49,525 bases of DNA from Moniliella sp. 'wahieum'. Its lineage: Eukaryota. Positions 33,474 to 46,730 of this stretch are shown here, piece by piece. How positions within the stretch are numbered: the stretch's first letter is position 1; each line of letters begins with the position of its first letter. The notes below the pieces were generated by a model. It worked only from the letters and a program-made list of their open reading frames with translations. It made no database searches and was not told the DNA's origin. The stretch is taken from NCBI GenBank assembly GCA_003971905.1, contig RSEE01000097.1:186001-235525 (forward strand), read 5' to 3'. The translations under genes were made by a program, and so were the position numbers.

Positions 33474-33980
33474 ATGACTGCCGCCGACTTTAACACGGAG
33501 CTCTGCCCTGTCTATGCGCCCTTCTTTGGCGCCATGGGCTGCGCCGCCGCCATCGTTTTCACCTGCTTTGGCGCCTCCTACGGCACGGCCAAGAGCGGTG
33601 TGGGGCTGAGTGCAATGGGTGTCCTGCGCCCCGACCTGCTCATCAAGTCCATCATCCCCGTCATTATGGCCGGTATCGTGGCCATCTACGGCCTGGTGGT
33701 GTCGGTGCTGATCTCGTCGGGCATCAAGTCGCCCATGTCGCTGTATGCTGGCTTTGTTCAGCTGGGCGCTGGCTTGTCCGTCGGGCTCGCTGGTCTGGCC
33801 GCTGGGTTTGCCATTGGCGTCGTGGGCGACGCGGGCGTGCGCGGCACGGCGCAGCAGCCCCGTCTCTTCATTGGTATGGTCCTCATCCTCATTTTCGCCG
33901 AGGTGCTGGGTCTGTACGGCCTGATTGTTGCCCTGATCATGAACACACGTGTGCAGGACGACATTGGCTGCTCCCTCTAA
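33474..33980 (+). CDS. VMA3: V-type ATPase proteolipid subunit c
   Basis: Intact 168-aa [50 protein letters not shown] (proton-carrying Glu). 5'-UTR intron at about 33358-33463. Confidence 0.96.
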   Translation: MTAADFNTELCPVYAPFFGAMGCAAAIVFTCFGASYGTAKSGVGLSAMGVLRPDLLIKSIIPVIMAGIVAIYGLVVSVLISSGIKSPMSLYAGFVQLGAGLSVGLAGLAAGFAIGVVGDAGVRGTAQQPRLFIGMVLILIFAEVLGLYGLIVALIMNTRVQDDIGCSL

Positions 33981-34467
33981 ATGTTCTAATGCACTCCTGG
34001 GACCCCGCTTGTCTCGCCTCTGCGCTGGGTGGGTAGGGGGGCAGGTAAAACACACCATTTTGTTTCAACCTCGGAGGATCCCAGCCAAATCAATCCATGG
34101 TTGACTTGATGGACACAGCATTGCCTTTTCTTTCAAGGAGGGAACCACCCTGTTCTCGCTTGGGTTTTCCCTCCACCCCCTCGGCCCTTTCCCGTTTGCC
34201 TTTTTGTTTCCGGACCAATTCGGATTGCCCCCCTTGGACACCAGTTGCTCTTGCTTATCGTTGCTTGTAGCAACGCCCAAGCACACCCCGGCACAACTGT
34301 AAGCCTATCATCCCTTTTTCTATGCACAAAACGTGGTTTATCGCCCCCATGCTGCGGACAGGTAGAGCTAGCGTAGTGATATGTGCCTACTGCGCATGAC
34401 GGGTTTCTGAACAAGATAAAAGGGAGCTGAGGTCGGAGAGATGCAAGAATGGATGGATATAGGTCAA

Positions 34468-36186
34468 TCATACAGACATGGCGTCCTCGTCGTCACTCCA
34501 TGCGTCCCCTCCGCCGAGCGGCTCCTCGAGCAGTTCCCCCCGAGCCGTTGAATTGACCAGCTCGCGGCGCACTTCGGGAGAGATACCGTCATGGTACTGG
34601 ACACGGAGCAAATCGATCAGTGCCGTCTTCTGGTCGGGCGTCAAGTCCTGCTTGTAGCGCTGGGCAAATACCAGCAAGCTCTGGTGCCACAGCACGGGCA
34701 TGCGGCGTTCTCCGGTCGAGTACCCATCCACCTTGACTGCTTCAACGCCTTTGCTTGGGTCGGAAAATTTAAGAAAGTGGAAAACGAGCGCATCAACAAC
34801 CTTGTAGGGCAATGCGTACTTCTTGTCGAGCAAGACGCGGATAAAAACGAGGTGGGGCCCTTGTATGGCATCGTAGCTAAATGAAGCAGCGCCGCAGCCG
34901 AGTGGAGCATGGGCACCGATACCTTTTGCAGGACAGAGGAAATGATGGCCGCTTCCTTGAGCGTCACTGTGCCGCTCTCAATCATGGGGAACAAGAACCC
35001 CTTGAAAAAGGCCGAGGGCTTGTAGAGCGCCTTCTTGATCGCATCGTACATCTGTACCGACAGTTTCCCCTTGTCATCAATCTCGTCGCGTACCTTGTCC
35101 AGCAAAACAAGCTCAAAGTACCGTTGCGTCTGGTATGCCTTGAGGTTGCTCACGCAGATCCTCGTCACAGCTAGCGTAGCATGAGGGGTCCACTCTTGTG
35201 GATTGGTAATGTACAAGATTGTCTCCCAGGCAGGCAGGGTGGGAATGATCTTCAATGGCTTAGGAAGCGGGCCGGACTTGTAACGGGAAAGGAGTTGTCC
35301 AACCCTGGGGAGCGACGCGAGTCAGTAGGAGACCAACATATTGGAAGGGGCACAAACGTACTTTGTGTAGACCTCGACCACCTTCGGGGTGATGCCAGGC
35401 GGGAGCTTGTTCTCAGGCCCCGAGGCACCTCCGCCCCCCATCTTCATTGCCTCTTGCTCTTCCAGTTTGGCCATGATATGTCCGCAAGCGTCCGTCCTCC
35501 TGCTGCCGGGGGCTCGTCCCCATCAGGCAGTGCGTCGGCCAAGGCGGCAAACTCACCACCCAATTTGGCACCTGCGCGTTCACGCTTGCGCTCCCCAACA
35601 GGACCTTCCAGCTCTTCAATCAACTCGCGCTGATTGGGGTCCAGTTCGAGCCCACGATAGGTTTCTTCCAGATCCTCGTCGCCCGACTCGGCTTGTCATC
35701 AAGCTCCCCGTCATCGGACGAAATCTCATCGTCGTCAGCCAAGACCACTTGGCGACCAAATCGAACCGTCTTTCCCACTTCCTCATCATCCCTTTGGCGC
35801 AGGTGCATTCGTGCATCCACCCCGAGCCGCTCCGCCTCTTCCTCAGCTTCGATCTCGGCTTGCTGCTCCTGCGCGAGGCGGAGGATGTTGCGGGACAACT
35901 TGGGATCGACAAACGCACCCGCACCCGCATCGGCCGAGCCGTGGACTTGGGCACCCGTGATGTGGCCACCAGGAACGTCGAGGTCCATCTCTGTTTCCTC
36001 GTCGTGCGCGGCGCCCGTCTTGCCCGCTTTGCCCTTGCGGCGGCCGGGGGCACTGACCCGACCGTATTTGTTCCGCAGCTCTTCCTCGCGCAGCTCCTGG
36101 GCGAGGGAGGACTGCTTCTGGGCCTGCTTGTCGAGCGGCTTGAGCGCCGACTTCTTCTTGGGCTTGGACGCAGGCGCACGCGGCAT
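34468..36186 (-). CDS. ENP1: Bystin, pre-40S assembly factor
   Basis: [77 protein letters not shown]. Intron at 35305-35361. Confidence 0.93.
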
Positions 36187-36442
36187 CGTGGTGGCTGGGT
36201 CGGGTGGAGTAACCAGCGCGGTGGGTGCGTAGCACGCCCTTGCACCGCAAGCACTCTACTGGAAAAAAAAAGTTTTTCGGGTTCGGAACTGGAGCAAACA
36301 TTGAAATGCCGTGGGGGCACAGGCAATGTTTCAACTGAAGGCGTTATTTGAGCTGGATCCAGTCGCTCCGTCGGGCCTCGAAAAAATATTTGCTGGGCGT
36401 GCCCTTCTCGCGACACCAGCAACTGCCCTTGCCTGCTAAACG
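36187..36442. promoter_or_regulatory. Bidirectional promoter ENP1/RMT3 with RRPE-like A/T tracts
   Basis: 256 bp between divergent ATGs, containing GAAAAAAAAAGTTTTT (about 36262) and GAAAAAATATTT (about 36380). Confidence 0.55.
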
Positions 36443-38523
36443 ATGGCAGCCGACGCTTCTCTCTCCTGCGGCCGCCTCGCCCACTGCGCCTCCATCTGCG
36501 CCCACCACCGTGCCTCCGGCTTCTTCCGCCTCTGCCTTCGCTCCCGCTCCCGCCGCTGGTCCGTCCCTCGCTTCCGACTCGGACGATTCGGACGGTGACG
36601 ATGACGACACGTGGGACGACTTTGACGACCAGGAGGGCACGGGCCTCTCCTACGCCGAAGGAGCCACCACGGGGCGTCTGGGGGGCTCCGCCAACCACCA
36701 CCTCGCCTTGTTCCTCGACGCTGGTTCGACAGAGCTCAAGACGTTTGCGAGTGCCACCGGGCACTGGACCACGCCTCGGCGCTTGGATGCGACCTGGTCG
36801 CCGTTGTCCAGCGCCTGGATTGGATGCACTGGCTGTCATTCGCCTACTCAACCATTTGCGCCGTGCCCCTGGCAGTGTCAGCCCCCAGCAAGCCGCGGCT
36901 CTGACTGGGAACGAGCCGTACCTATCGGATGACCAGGAGCTGAACCCTGTTCCTGGGTCGGAAAACGATGGTCTACTGCGTGTGTATACCCCCACCCCCG
37001 TTTCCTACGTTAACCCTTGATTTGGGGTACTAAACGCTAACGTGGACCTTCTCTACCAGAAATTGACTTTGACGACCTTCTCGAGGCACGTGCCAACGCG
37101 GGCCAAGCGGATTCGGGCGACATTCATTTGCGCAACCGGGTAGCCGAACTCGAGTCGCAGTTGCAAGCGATCCAAATGTCCTATGCCGACTTGCAAGCGC
37201 GCTCGCTCAAGATACATAGGACTCAAAGCGGATGGGACACCGACAAGGATGCGGCTGGACTGGCGGCGACGCCTGCCAAGCGAGACGACGATACGAATTA
37301 CTTTGATTCGTATGCTGGCAACGACATTCACCAGACCATGCTGAGTGACACGGTGCGTACCCTCACCTACGCCAAGTTATTCTTGCCCCCGAGAATGCGC
37401 ACATCTTCCGCGGCGCCCGCGTGATGGACATTGGTGCCGGAAGCGGGATTTTGAGCATGCTCGCGGCGCGTGCCGGCGCGGCACAAGTGATCGCCGTCGA
37501 TGCAAGCAACATTGCCGTTCGGGCCGAGAAGAACATTCGTGAAAATGGACTGAACCATATCATTCGTGTTGTCCGAGGCAAATCGAAGACTTGGACGAGG
37601 AGCTGGCGCCGTACCGGGGTAAAGTGGACGTGATCATTTCCGAGTGGATGGGGTACTTTTTGCTGTACGAGTGCATGCTGCCTTCGGCCTGCATGCGCGA
37701 GACCTGTACCTGCGCACAAAGCCCAATCCCCAGCGTCCCCTTGCTGGGCCCACCGGGCTGCTCGCTCCGAGCCACCCGCATGACGCTGGCGGCCGTGTCG
37801 GATGCGGAGCTGCTGCACGAGCGGATCAACTTTTGGAACGACGTTACGGGTTCAAGATGAGCGCTATGACCGAGGGCCTGTTTGACGAGGCGTATGTCGA
37901 GACCCTTTCGCCCGAGAGCATCGTGTCGAACGTGGTGGACATCTTTGACCTTCCGCTCGGCATCCTGCCTGCCAAGCAGCCGCGTCTTCCGCAGCCCGTT
38001 CCAGCTGGAGCTGCAGAAGGATGCAACGGTGCACGGGTTCACCTCGTGGTTCGACACGTGGTTCATGACTTCTCACCAGCCCTACCGAGTGGACGACAAG
38101 GGGAGCCGGTGCAGATGAAGGGGGGGCAGGTGCTGGACCTGCCCGCGTGCACGACCAAGCCGGTCGAGGCGTCGGACGTGCCGGGGATTGAGCTGCGCGG
38201 CAACCAGATCGCGCCGGCCCCCACGGCGGAGCAGGAAGAGAAGGACGCCAAGGCGGGGGGGCTGGCAGTGTCGTTTACGACGGGGCCGTACGGCAAGCCG
38301 ACGCACTGGAAGCAGAGTGTGTTCCTGCTCCGGGAGCCGATCGAGGCCAAGCGGGGGGAGCGGATCGTGGGGGACATGATCGTGACGCAGTCGGAGAGCA
38401 ACTCGCGCGAGCTGGATGTGGAGCTGCACTACCTCGTCCAGCCGCCGTCGACGCGGGCACGGCGGGCAAGACGGCGGCAAGCACGTGCAGACGCGGATGG
38501 TGAGTCTGTTCAAGGTGAGGTAG
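36443..38523 (+). CDS. RMT3: Type I protein arginine methyltransferase PRMT3/Rmt3
   Basis: Acidic WDDF N-terminal extension, YFDSYAGNDIHQTMLSDTVRT, VMDIGAGSGILSMLAARAGA, VDVIISEWMGYFLLYE double-E loop, and TTGPYGKPTHWKQ. Intron at 36980-37059. Confidence 0.88.
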
Positions 38524-38773
38524 GCGGCGGTTGAATGAATGCTGTCAGGGACTGGTCGAATAGCGTCGAGTAGTGTGCCCGTGTAACCCAGGCGGAATGC
38601 ATGCCGTGCTCTGTATTCCGCCCGCCATCCATGCCTAGCGTTTAGGTTTAGCTGGGAGCAAACGACAACTGCGCACTTGAACGGTCAACCTTGCGATTGG
38701 GTGGAGGCCTGTCGCGGTGGATGGGCAACATCAGCCAGCCTCCTCCAAGCTGCACCGCCGCCCTGGCCGCTGT

Positions 38774-38880
38774 CTCCACCGCCATCTCCACCCCGCCGCC
38801 TCCACCGCCGCCTCCACCGCCGCTCCACCCCCCGCCTCCACCGCCGCCTCCACCGCCGCCTCCACCGCCGCCTCCACCCC
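38774..38880 (+). repeat. 12-bp tandem repeat (CTCCACCGCCGC)n just upstream of the RanBD gene
   Basis: About 8-9 imperfect copies, directly visible. Confidence 0.85.
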
Positions 38881-38902
38881 CACCCGCTGCTTCCGTTCTG
38901 CC

Positions 38903-40454
38903 ATGAGTGACGCTGCCGCCGCCGAGGCATCCCCACCGCCCGCTTCGCCCGCCTCGCCCGCCTCGCCCCCAAAGACGCAGGCTCACCGTCCGCACCGCCT
39001 TCGACCTCGGCCGCCGCGCCCGCCGATTCCCACCCCCTCAGCCGCAAGCGCGACCGCGAAGTCAGCCTCGAGCCCTCTGCCTTTGTATGCGCCTCCCCAC
39101 CCCCCCACTAATTTGTGCCGGTGCACATGCTGACCTGCTCCTTCCTGTAGCCGCCGCCGGATGCCGTGTCGACGAAGCGCAACAGGCGGCTCGACTCGGA
39201 CTCGGTCTCGGATCGCAGCGCGTCGCCGTCCAAACCCAGTCCTGGCAAGGCAGGCGAGACGAAGGCTTGGCGCCGGGTGTGGGTCAGATCCGGAAGAAGT
39301 GCAAGACCTAGACTGGAAAGAAAAGGAGGGCAAAGGAGATAGCGCGGGCCTGAAGCACCTCTGGAGCCTGCTGCCGCAGCCGCAGCCGCAGATGCCAAGT
39401 CCCCCAATGCAGAGCGACCAAGCCCGCGGAGGAGGCAGACGCAGTGGCCGGTGCAAGCACCCCTCGGAACGCACCTCGGACGCTCCGTCTGCGCCTACAG
39501 ACCCAAGCCTGCGTCCTCTCCCGCACCCAAGTCTACCCAGCCAACATTTGCCTCGTTCACCAGCACAGCAACTCGTCTCCTTTTGTAACGGGTGCGAGCG
39601 GGTCCAAGTCCTGGCTGGCCTCCTCGACACCGACCACGCCCGGTCTGCGTCCCAGTGCGCTGGGGTCTTCGCTCGGGAAGCTGGGAGGCTCTCAGACATC
39701 GCCTGGGGCTGCGTCGACAACCGCCGCGCGTCTCGCCTCGATCGCCCGCCACCTCCAATCCCGTCAAGGGCAAGGCGGCGATGCCAACCACGGCTTCCTT
39801 GGGCTTCGGCTCCTTTGCGGCTGGTGCGGGATTCGGCCATGCCGGGAACGCTTCGCCGTTTAGCTCGGCTGGCTTCGGTGACCAAGAAGGCTGCTGCTAA
39901 ACCAGATGAGACGGCTCCGGCCTCCTTTGTCACCCCGCGCTGGAAGAGTCTGGGCCAAAGTCCAATGTGGCGGATGAGATTGCTAAAGAGGAGGAAGCAA
40001 ACAAGCCCAAGCTGGAGGTCAAGGCGGAGAACTGTATGTGGACGACGCTCCTCCGTTGCGAGTAAGACAGGACTGACACGTGGAACGATTAGTGTGGACA
40101 GGCGAGGAGGACGAGACCAGCGTCTTTTCCAACCGCGCCAAACTCTTCACCGGCGCCGAGAAGGGTGCGTGGCGCGAGCGCGGCACAGGCACGATCCGGG
40201 TCAATGTGCCCAAGGACGCCAAGGATGGGCAGGGCGGTCGTCTGGTGATGCGCGCCGAGGGGGTGCTGCGGGTGATCCTCAATGTCAAGCTCTTTGCCGG
40301 CCTGCGCTGCGAGCTGGCCCAGGACAAGTTTATCAAGCTGCTTGCCTTTGAAGACGGGGAGCTGGTGCACTTTGCGCTCCGCTTCCCCAACCCAGCTGCC
40401 GCCGCCGGGTTCAAGGAGGCTGTGGAGGCGCATGTTCCGGCGCCGACGGCGTGA
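38903..40454 (+). CDS. RanBP1-domain protein with FG motifs (Yrb2/RanBP3-like)
   Basis: KRNR basic motif, LGFGSF/AGFG repeats, TGEEDETSVFSNRAKLF..WRERGTGTIRVN..RLVMRAEGVLRVILN. Introns at about 39085-39150 and 40034-40092. Confidence 0.85.
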
Positions 40455-40669
40455 GTGGCGGGATCGCTTTGTTGCCCCTCGTGCATCCTCCCCTCAAGTG
40501 GCTGCTCCGCTCCCCTCCCCCATCTTCCTGGCCATGGCCACTATCTAGGACACCCATCCATCCACCCACCCACTACACTTGCCCCTCGGGTCCACCCGTG
40601 TCCACGCATGCATTGGGCGTGCGTCCCCATGGGCTAATGGACACCGAGCCCGTTGCTGTCCTGTGCAAT

Positions 40670-43600
40670 CATAAATAGACGCCTTCCAACCCTCCTTCCT
40701 GCCTAGTCCGCCTCCCTGCTGCCGGCCGAGGGGCCTCGGCCAGCTGGCCTGATAGACCTGCACCAGCTGCTCGTAGCCCCGCATAGCATCCAGTTCGCAC
40801 GTCAGCTCATACACCTGCCGTGCCAACCGCTCCCGCTCGGCCTCCGCTTCGCCCTGCTGCACGCGCTCCGCCGCGAGATAGCCAGCGGCGGGGCGTGTGT
40901 GTGCGCGGCGTCGTGCCAGCGCCAGCGGGGACAGCCATGCGCGCTGGCATGCTGCTGTTGCTCCAGCTGCTGTGTTAGCTGCTGCGCCCGCGCCTCAAGT
41001 GCTGCGCGCGGTCGCGGCGGAACTGTACTGGGTCTGGACGGTGGCCAGCGCGTTCTGGGCCGTGGCAAGTTGACGGCGAGGGTGGACCAATTGGAGAGGA
41101 GCGCGACCTCTCGTGCCGCTGCCGCTCGTACTTCTCCACGTCGCCGTCCCAAGAACCAGGGCGGCGGTGAGCTGGCGCACACGCTCAGCTACATGTCGGA
41201 CAAGTGGATCTTGGGCTTGGCCAGCTCATAGTCCCCGCGCAGCTGCTCCTTGTAGCCTCCTCTTGTTGCAGCAGCCGTGCCACCGCGCCTTCTCGGCCCG
41301 CAACGCATTCACTTCCGTGGTCAAATGTGCCTTTTCGCGCTTCCACACCCGCTCGCTGTGCGAGTGACTCGCCTGCCGCTGCGTCTGCGTCGAGTTCCAC
41401 AACTTGTACTCCCGCCCCCTGGCCAATCCGTTCTCGCTCCCGCTGTGCATCCTTCTCCAGCGCAGACACTTGCCAGGTCAACTGCCGCACGCGAACTCAA
41501 GGTTCTGCTGCTCGGCCTCAGTCGCGGCTGCTTGATTTCGCTTGGCATGCACGTGGCCGAGATGGGCGAGATGCTGCTCTTGGAGATAAAGCTCGTACGC
41601 CGTTCGTTGCGCAACAACATGTTTTCTCGCTCCAGCTGCGCTCCGTACCGGCCCGGGAGGCATGGGGAAGATCACCACTGGTATCGCCCGTGTCGCCGGT
41701 GCCCCCCTCCGGACCAAGAGAAGAGGCAGTTTGCTCCTGCGACCGGGCGGACGTACCAGAAGGCATGACGACCGAGTGCCTCAACGGATGCACGCCCCTC
41801 TCTCCTGACAGGCCCCGTTCCGACGAAGCATACGAGTCCCGAAGCGACCGACGGTCTCGCAAATTGCTTCCCACAGAACGGCGTGAAAGGGAGGCAGAGC
41901 GCGAAGCGGCAGGAGAGCCCCCGCGACTAAATGTGCCCATCACCACGGCTGATGCTACGGCGGGCGTGGCTCGCGTCCCAGCCAAAAGAGGCGAATCAGG
42001 TCCCGATAACGAGTCGGGCAGAGACGAGGGGTTGACTTCGGGACTGGGCTTGAGCGGTGTGGCGAGACTGGCGGTTTGACTGACTTCCTTGACCGATGTT
42101 GTGGGTTCGGCAGTAGCGGCGGCTAGCGTGGTCGCGCGGGCCCTGTGCCCCCTCGACCGGGGGGTCGTGGTACAGGCGCAAGGACAAGTGTCCGGCGCGT
42201 CCGACTGTTTGAGACGGGCATGCTGGGCGAGAATATGATGAGCGTCGCGCGGGCTGGGCGAGCCAAGAGCCTGCATGGTAGATACTGAGCTCTTGCGCAC
42301 AGGGACCACAGGCGCTGCGCCCGATGCTGCTGCCGCAACATGGGGCTGCCCGAGTCTCCCAAGGAAGAGAGGCGGGCGTGGATGGCGCAGAAAACGAATG
42401 GGTCCGGCTGGCGGGGGCGGTAGGGGCGAGGGGATGGGAAGGAGCGTCGGCGGCCTCTCAGCCTCCAACCCGCTGCCCCCGCGCGTCGGTGGTCCAGGCT
42501 GAAAGGGCGTATCAATCTCCGCTGCAACACCCTCCCTGCCAGGACCCAAATGGAGGCGCAGCGACTTGGTGGCCACAATGCTGGCGTCGTACCCCCCAGC
42601 GGGCCGTGTCGCTGATTTCTTGCTGAGCGTCGAGCGTGATGAGACTGGGATGGAGCACGTGGCTCTTCAAGATGGGACGGATACGAGCTTGGAGCTGGCG
42701 CTGGTCCATAACATCTGCCCAGGATCCCTTGAAGAGCGTAGGATACCCACTGCTCTCCATGTAGGCAATAGGTTCGCGGAAGAAGCGAACTGTGTTACAG
42801 GGAAAGATACCATACAGAAACGTGAACAGTGGTTGGGCATTCGGTTCGGGCAGGTCCACCCATCGGAACTGGAGGCTGGCGGGGCGATGAGGAGTCAGCA
42901 GTGCACGTTGGGCCGCGCTAACACATGGTAAAAGGCGTGATAACGTACTAACGGGTTCCCACGCGATGCCCGCTTTGAGAGAGGTCCGCTGGCCGATCCG
43001 ATCCATATCCAGGTAATCGACATCAAGCATCTGACGATTCGACTCTTTCCCTAACCCAGACGCTCTTCCCATCCCACGCCCAATGTCCTCCAATCCACAA
43101 TACGGGCCAGGACCGAAAGGAAGGCAGGAAGCCCACCTGCCCCCCCCAGCGCAATCCAATCGGGAATGTGGGGGATGAGCATGGTCAAAACCCGCAGGCC
43201 AACAGTGACGATCGTCTTGGACGTATCCAGCTCAAGGGAGAGCAGTAAATGTTGGGGAAGAAGTGTCCGGGTTATCTGATAGATCAGATTAGGAGCGTAG
43301 CGGAAGAAACGCACCAGCAGCTCCAGTAGACACAAGCGTGCTTCGGCCCGCAAAAATGTATCGGCAACATGGTGGAAAAAAGGGGTTGGAGCGTGTGCCC
43401 AAACTGGAGCACAATCTCACCCAAGTTGTATCGCCATGTGCTTTTGCGCTCTGCCTCTTCGTCGGACGAGTCATAGGCGCCCACAGGGCTCGAGAGCCCG
43501 ACGGGGTCGACATTATCCTCAGAGAAACATGTTCTGCGACAAATAAGTCAATGATGCGCTGGCGAAAGCGCGGGGTCTTGTTCTTTCTGCCATGGGCGGC

Positions 43601-44351
43601 CGGCCCGGTGCGGGGAAGCCGTGCGAGTCGGCTGGGTGGGTGGGACGAGGGCGCGGGCGGACCGGGTACCGGGTCAAGCTTTCCTTCTGCCTGGTTCACG
43701 GGACGGCGCAGGGGCAAGTCATGGCCCTGCTCTAGCGCAGGCGAATGTGGAGTCTCATCAGAAGGGTCAAGAAGGCTGTCGTGGGGTGCAGCACGAGACA
43801 GGATGTCGGCCGAGGCAGATCGGAGTATGCGTTCTTGGGAGCGGCGGCCATAGCAAGCACGGCGAGGGCGCGCGCCTTGGCGCGGTGGCGACGCTGATCT
43901 GGGGCGTGTGGAGGATAGGACGGAGGAGGAGGTCCCACCAATCGTATGCATAGCGCTGGGGATCCAGGATGTTGCGCAGCGCATAGAGAAGCTCAACAAA
44001 GTGCACGCGATGCTCGAGCGAGGCGCGGGCGACATCCTTGACGAACAGACGAAGCAGCTCCTCGCTGAGGGCCTGGGACGTGGCAGCGCGGTAGTCGGGG
44101 CCACGGCCGTGGCGGCCGCATACGTGGTGGTTGTGGCGTCCACCGCATCCTGCAGGTCGTCGATGGCGGCAAGAAGGGCGGGGAAGGGGGTGGCGGGGTC
44201 GGGGCTGGCGAAGACGGTGTGGGTGCGGGTGGCCAGCGCGGCCACCAGCGCGGCGAGCGGCGCGGCAGCGGCGCATCGTCCCGCGCCGCCGACCCGGGCG
44301 CGTCGGCACGGGCGTGGAGGGCGTGGAGCCAATGAACGGCGGGGGCACCAT
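40670..44351 (-). CDS. TSC1: Hamartin
   Basis: DWWDLLLRPIL, LLLSLELDTSKTIVTVGLRVLTMLIPHIP, LFTFLYGIFPCNTVRFFREP, HVLHPSLIT, YELYLQEQHLAHLGHVH, and a C-terminal coiled coil. Ends are approximate because of frameshifts. Confidence 0.88.
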
Positions 44352-44379
44352 CGCGGCTGCCGATGGGGTTGGGCGTGAC

Positions 44380-44417
44380 GGATGCGATGCGATGCGATGG
44401 GCGATGGGCGATGGCGT
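44380..44417 (+). repeat. (GATGC)n/(GATGGGC)n microsatellite in the TSC1 5' region
   Basis: ggatgcgatgcgatgcgatgggcgatgggcgatggcg. Confidence 0.7.
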
Positions 44418-45515
44418 AGGCCGAGGTGATAAACGGCAGCGGGCACGTGACCGGGCCCGGCCGCACCAGGCCGCACCCCGATGAGGTAATGGCCGTGTGC
44501 AGCGCGAGTGCCGAGGAGAATGCACTGGAGGAGGTATGGTGCTGAGGAGAGGTGGGGGTGGAAGACGCAATGAGAAGGACAGGGGCAGCACTGCTCTCGA
44601 GGGCTACCCGCGCCACTACACGCCCCGTACAGTTCATTCCTTGCAATATGCCTTCCTGGAGGGCAAGAATCATATTCTCTCAAGCCTCTGTAGCTCATGT
44701 GCAATGCTCAGCTACTTACTCTCTGGTCTTCTATGTAGGGGGTAGGGGGACATTCTGTCCTCTCGACCGTCTACCGCACTGTCATCATGACGGCCCTCTA
44801 GAGAGCCTCATCGCAGCTTTTGTCCAAGAGAAAAATGCATCGCGACGTGCAGACCGAATAATATATGGAGCAAGGCGGACGTTTTCTTTGTCCAGAATAT
44901 GCCAACAAGTCGGGGGTCGAAATGATATTAGGGGAATTGGCGAGATCATATGCGCAATCATTAATCAAGATCGCAAGAGTAACCAACTGTGTGACCGATG
45001 GAATCGTGGCAAATACGTGCATAATGGGTGGTCTAGTCCCCAATGTTTAGGCGGCAAGGTCCATCAAGTAGCTAGCTATATATATGAAGCTCTAGACGTT
45101 TAAGGCTATGGCTCAAAGCTGATGAGAATGAAGATGATGAGATGATGAGAATGCTTGCCTTCTCGAGTCACTTCAATTTCCAAGACAACAACGGCAGAAA
45201 CTATACACGGTTTGGGGGGCAGGGGGGGGGGGGGCAAGCGAGAAAGAAAGCAAAGCAAAGGGCATATTGAGGAAAAGGTAACGGAGCGGAATGCGTGAGA
45301 CCGAGCAGGGCGATGGAGCATGTTTGCAATGCATATACGTGGCGAAAGGTGGCGGGGCAAGGGACGAAAAAAAGATAGAGGAACGAGCCATAGCAACACG
45401 CCAAAACGGGCGAGTACGAGAACGAATCCAGAAACTGCGTTCGAGTAGCGAAGCCAGTGGACGAGGCAAAGTAGCACGCATGCGAACACGAACCAGCGCA
45501 GACCCGTCACCCTTT

Positions 45516-46730
45516 TCACCAAGGCATCTCCACAAGGATTTCTTGTCAATGTTCTCGTTTGGCCCCTCGTCGCGGGGCAAAACGCTGCCAAAGACACGGT
45601 CCCAGATACGGGTCTGTTTACCGTAGTTGCCCGAGTGCTTCCACCCCCGGCGGTGGTGAATGTCGTGGTCCTCCATAGTAATGTCCATGTCAAGCGGCTG
45701 CAGCAGGAACGGGAACGCCTGGAACGCAGTGAGTAGAGTCGCACGCCCGCGTGTCCGAAAAGCTCAACGACCGTCACCATGGCGTTGCAGAACCACCATT
45801 CATAGAAGTTGGGCCGCAGAACGAGATGGGATACATGGTGAGCCATGTAAGGAATGGAATGCCAACCATGTCAAAGAGTTCCTGCTCATCGTCGGCAAAG
45901 GGTGAGGAGCGTGTTGGGGTGGCGTGAAAGGTGGTGCGTGCGGTGGAATGGCCAAAGCGAGTCCGACTCGTGCATGACCCGGTGGTACCAGTAATAGTAG
46001 AAATCGAGCGTCCACGTGTAGACGGCCATCTGGATAGGCAGCTGCCAGCGAACCGTGGGCTTCGAGTCGGCGTCCCACGTACTCATGACTTCCATAAAGA
46101 CACGTTGGGACCGGTGAGCAGCAGACTGGCAGCAACCTTGCCGCCGAGAGCGTCGGGCACTTCGTCACGCGGCACACTCGAGTCAAAGTACCCATACTTG
46201 GCACCAAGGTCGCGGCACCTCCAGATGACCTGGATGCCCAAGTGGTAGTAGAACAGCATGTAGAAGGGAATAGCGGCCCACTTGTTGATGCCTGCCTGGG
46301 ATACGGAGACTCTTGGTCTTTGTAGAGCACATCGTTGAAAAGGTACGAATGGCGTACTGGATGATGACGGGGGCGCGGCACGGACCATGGCCCAACGCAG
46401 CTGGGTGAGGGGCGAGAGGTAGGGCACGGGGGCCTTGGGATCGACGTACTTGGGCTCGTCCGCTAGAGGCCAAAGGTCAAGCAGCGTCATAACGTGGGCG
46501 GCCCAGTTCTTGGGGGCGTCAGGGTTGGCCCTCCATTCAGACGGAAGGAGGAGTTGCCCATGCTGATCTTGCGCACTTCGGCGATGTTCTCGTCGAGGTC
46601 AGCAGCGCGCATGTAGGCTGGTGTGTCATCGGTGTCGGGTGTGGTGGGGATGGCGGGGCGCGGCGGGGCGCGCAGCGGGAGGATGTGGCTGGCTGATGCC
46701 AGTGGCAGTGGCGGTGGCGGCGGGCGTCAT
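45516..46730 (-). CDS. Fatty acid hydroxylase / sterol desaturase superfamily di-iron membrane enzyme
   Basis: His boxes DFYYYWYHRVMH, FHRTHH, ELFGHAG and EDHDIHHRRGWKHSGNYGKQTRIWDRVFG. Confidence 0.9.

Noticed and set aside
34468..44351. Programmed frameshifting or mass pseudogenisation
   Set aside because: Shifts are scattered with no consistent slippery site and affect essential genes, so sequencing error is the simpler explanation.
33474..44351. TORC1/vacuole functional cluster (VMA3, TSC1)
   Set aside because: Unrelated genes lie between them and nothing beyond proximity supports it.
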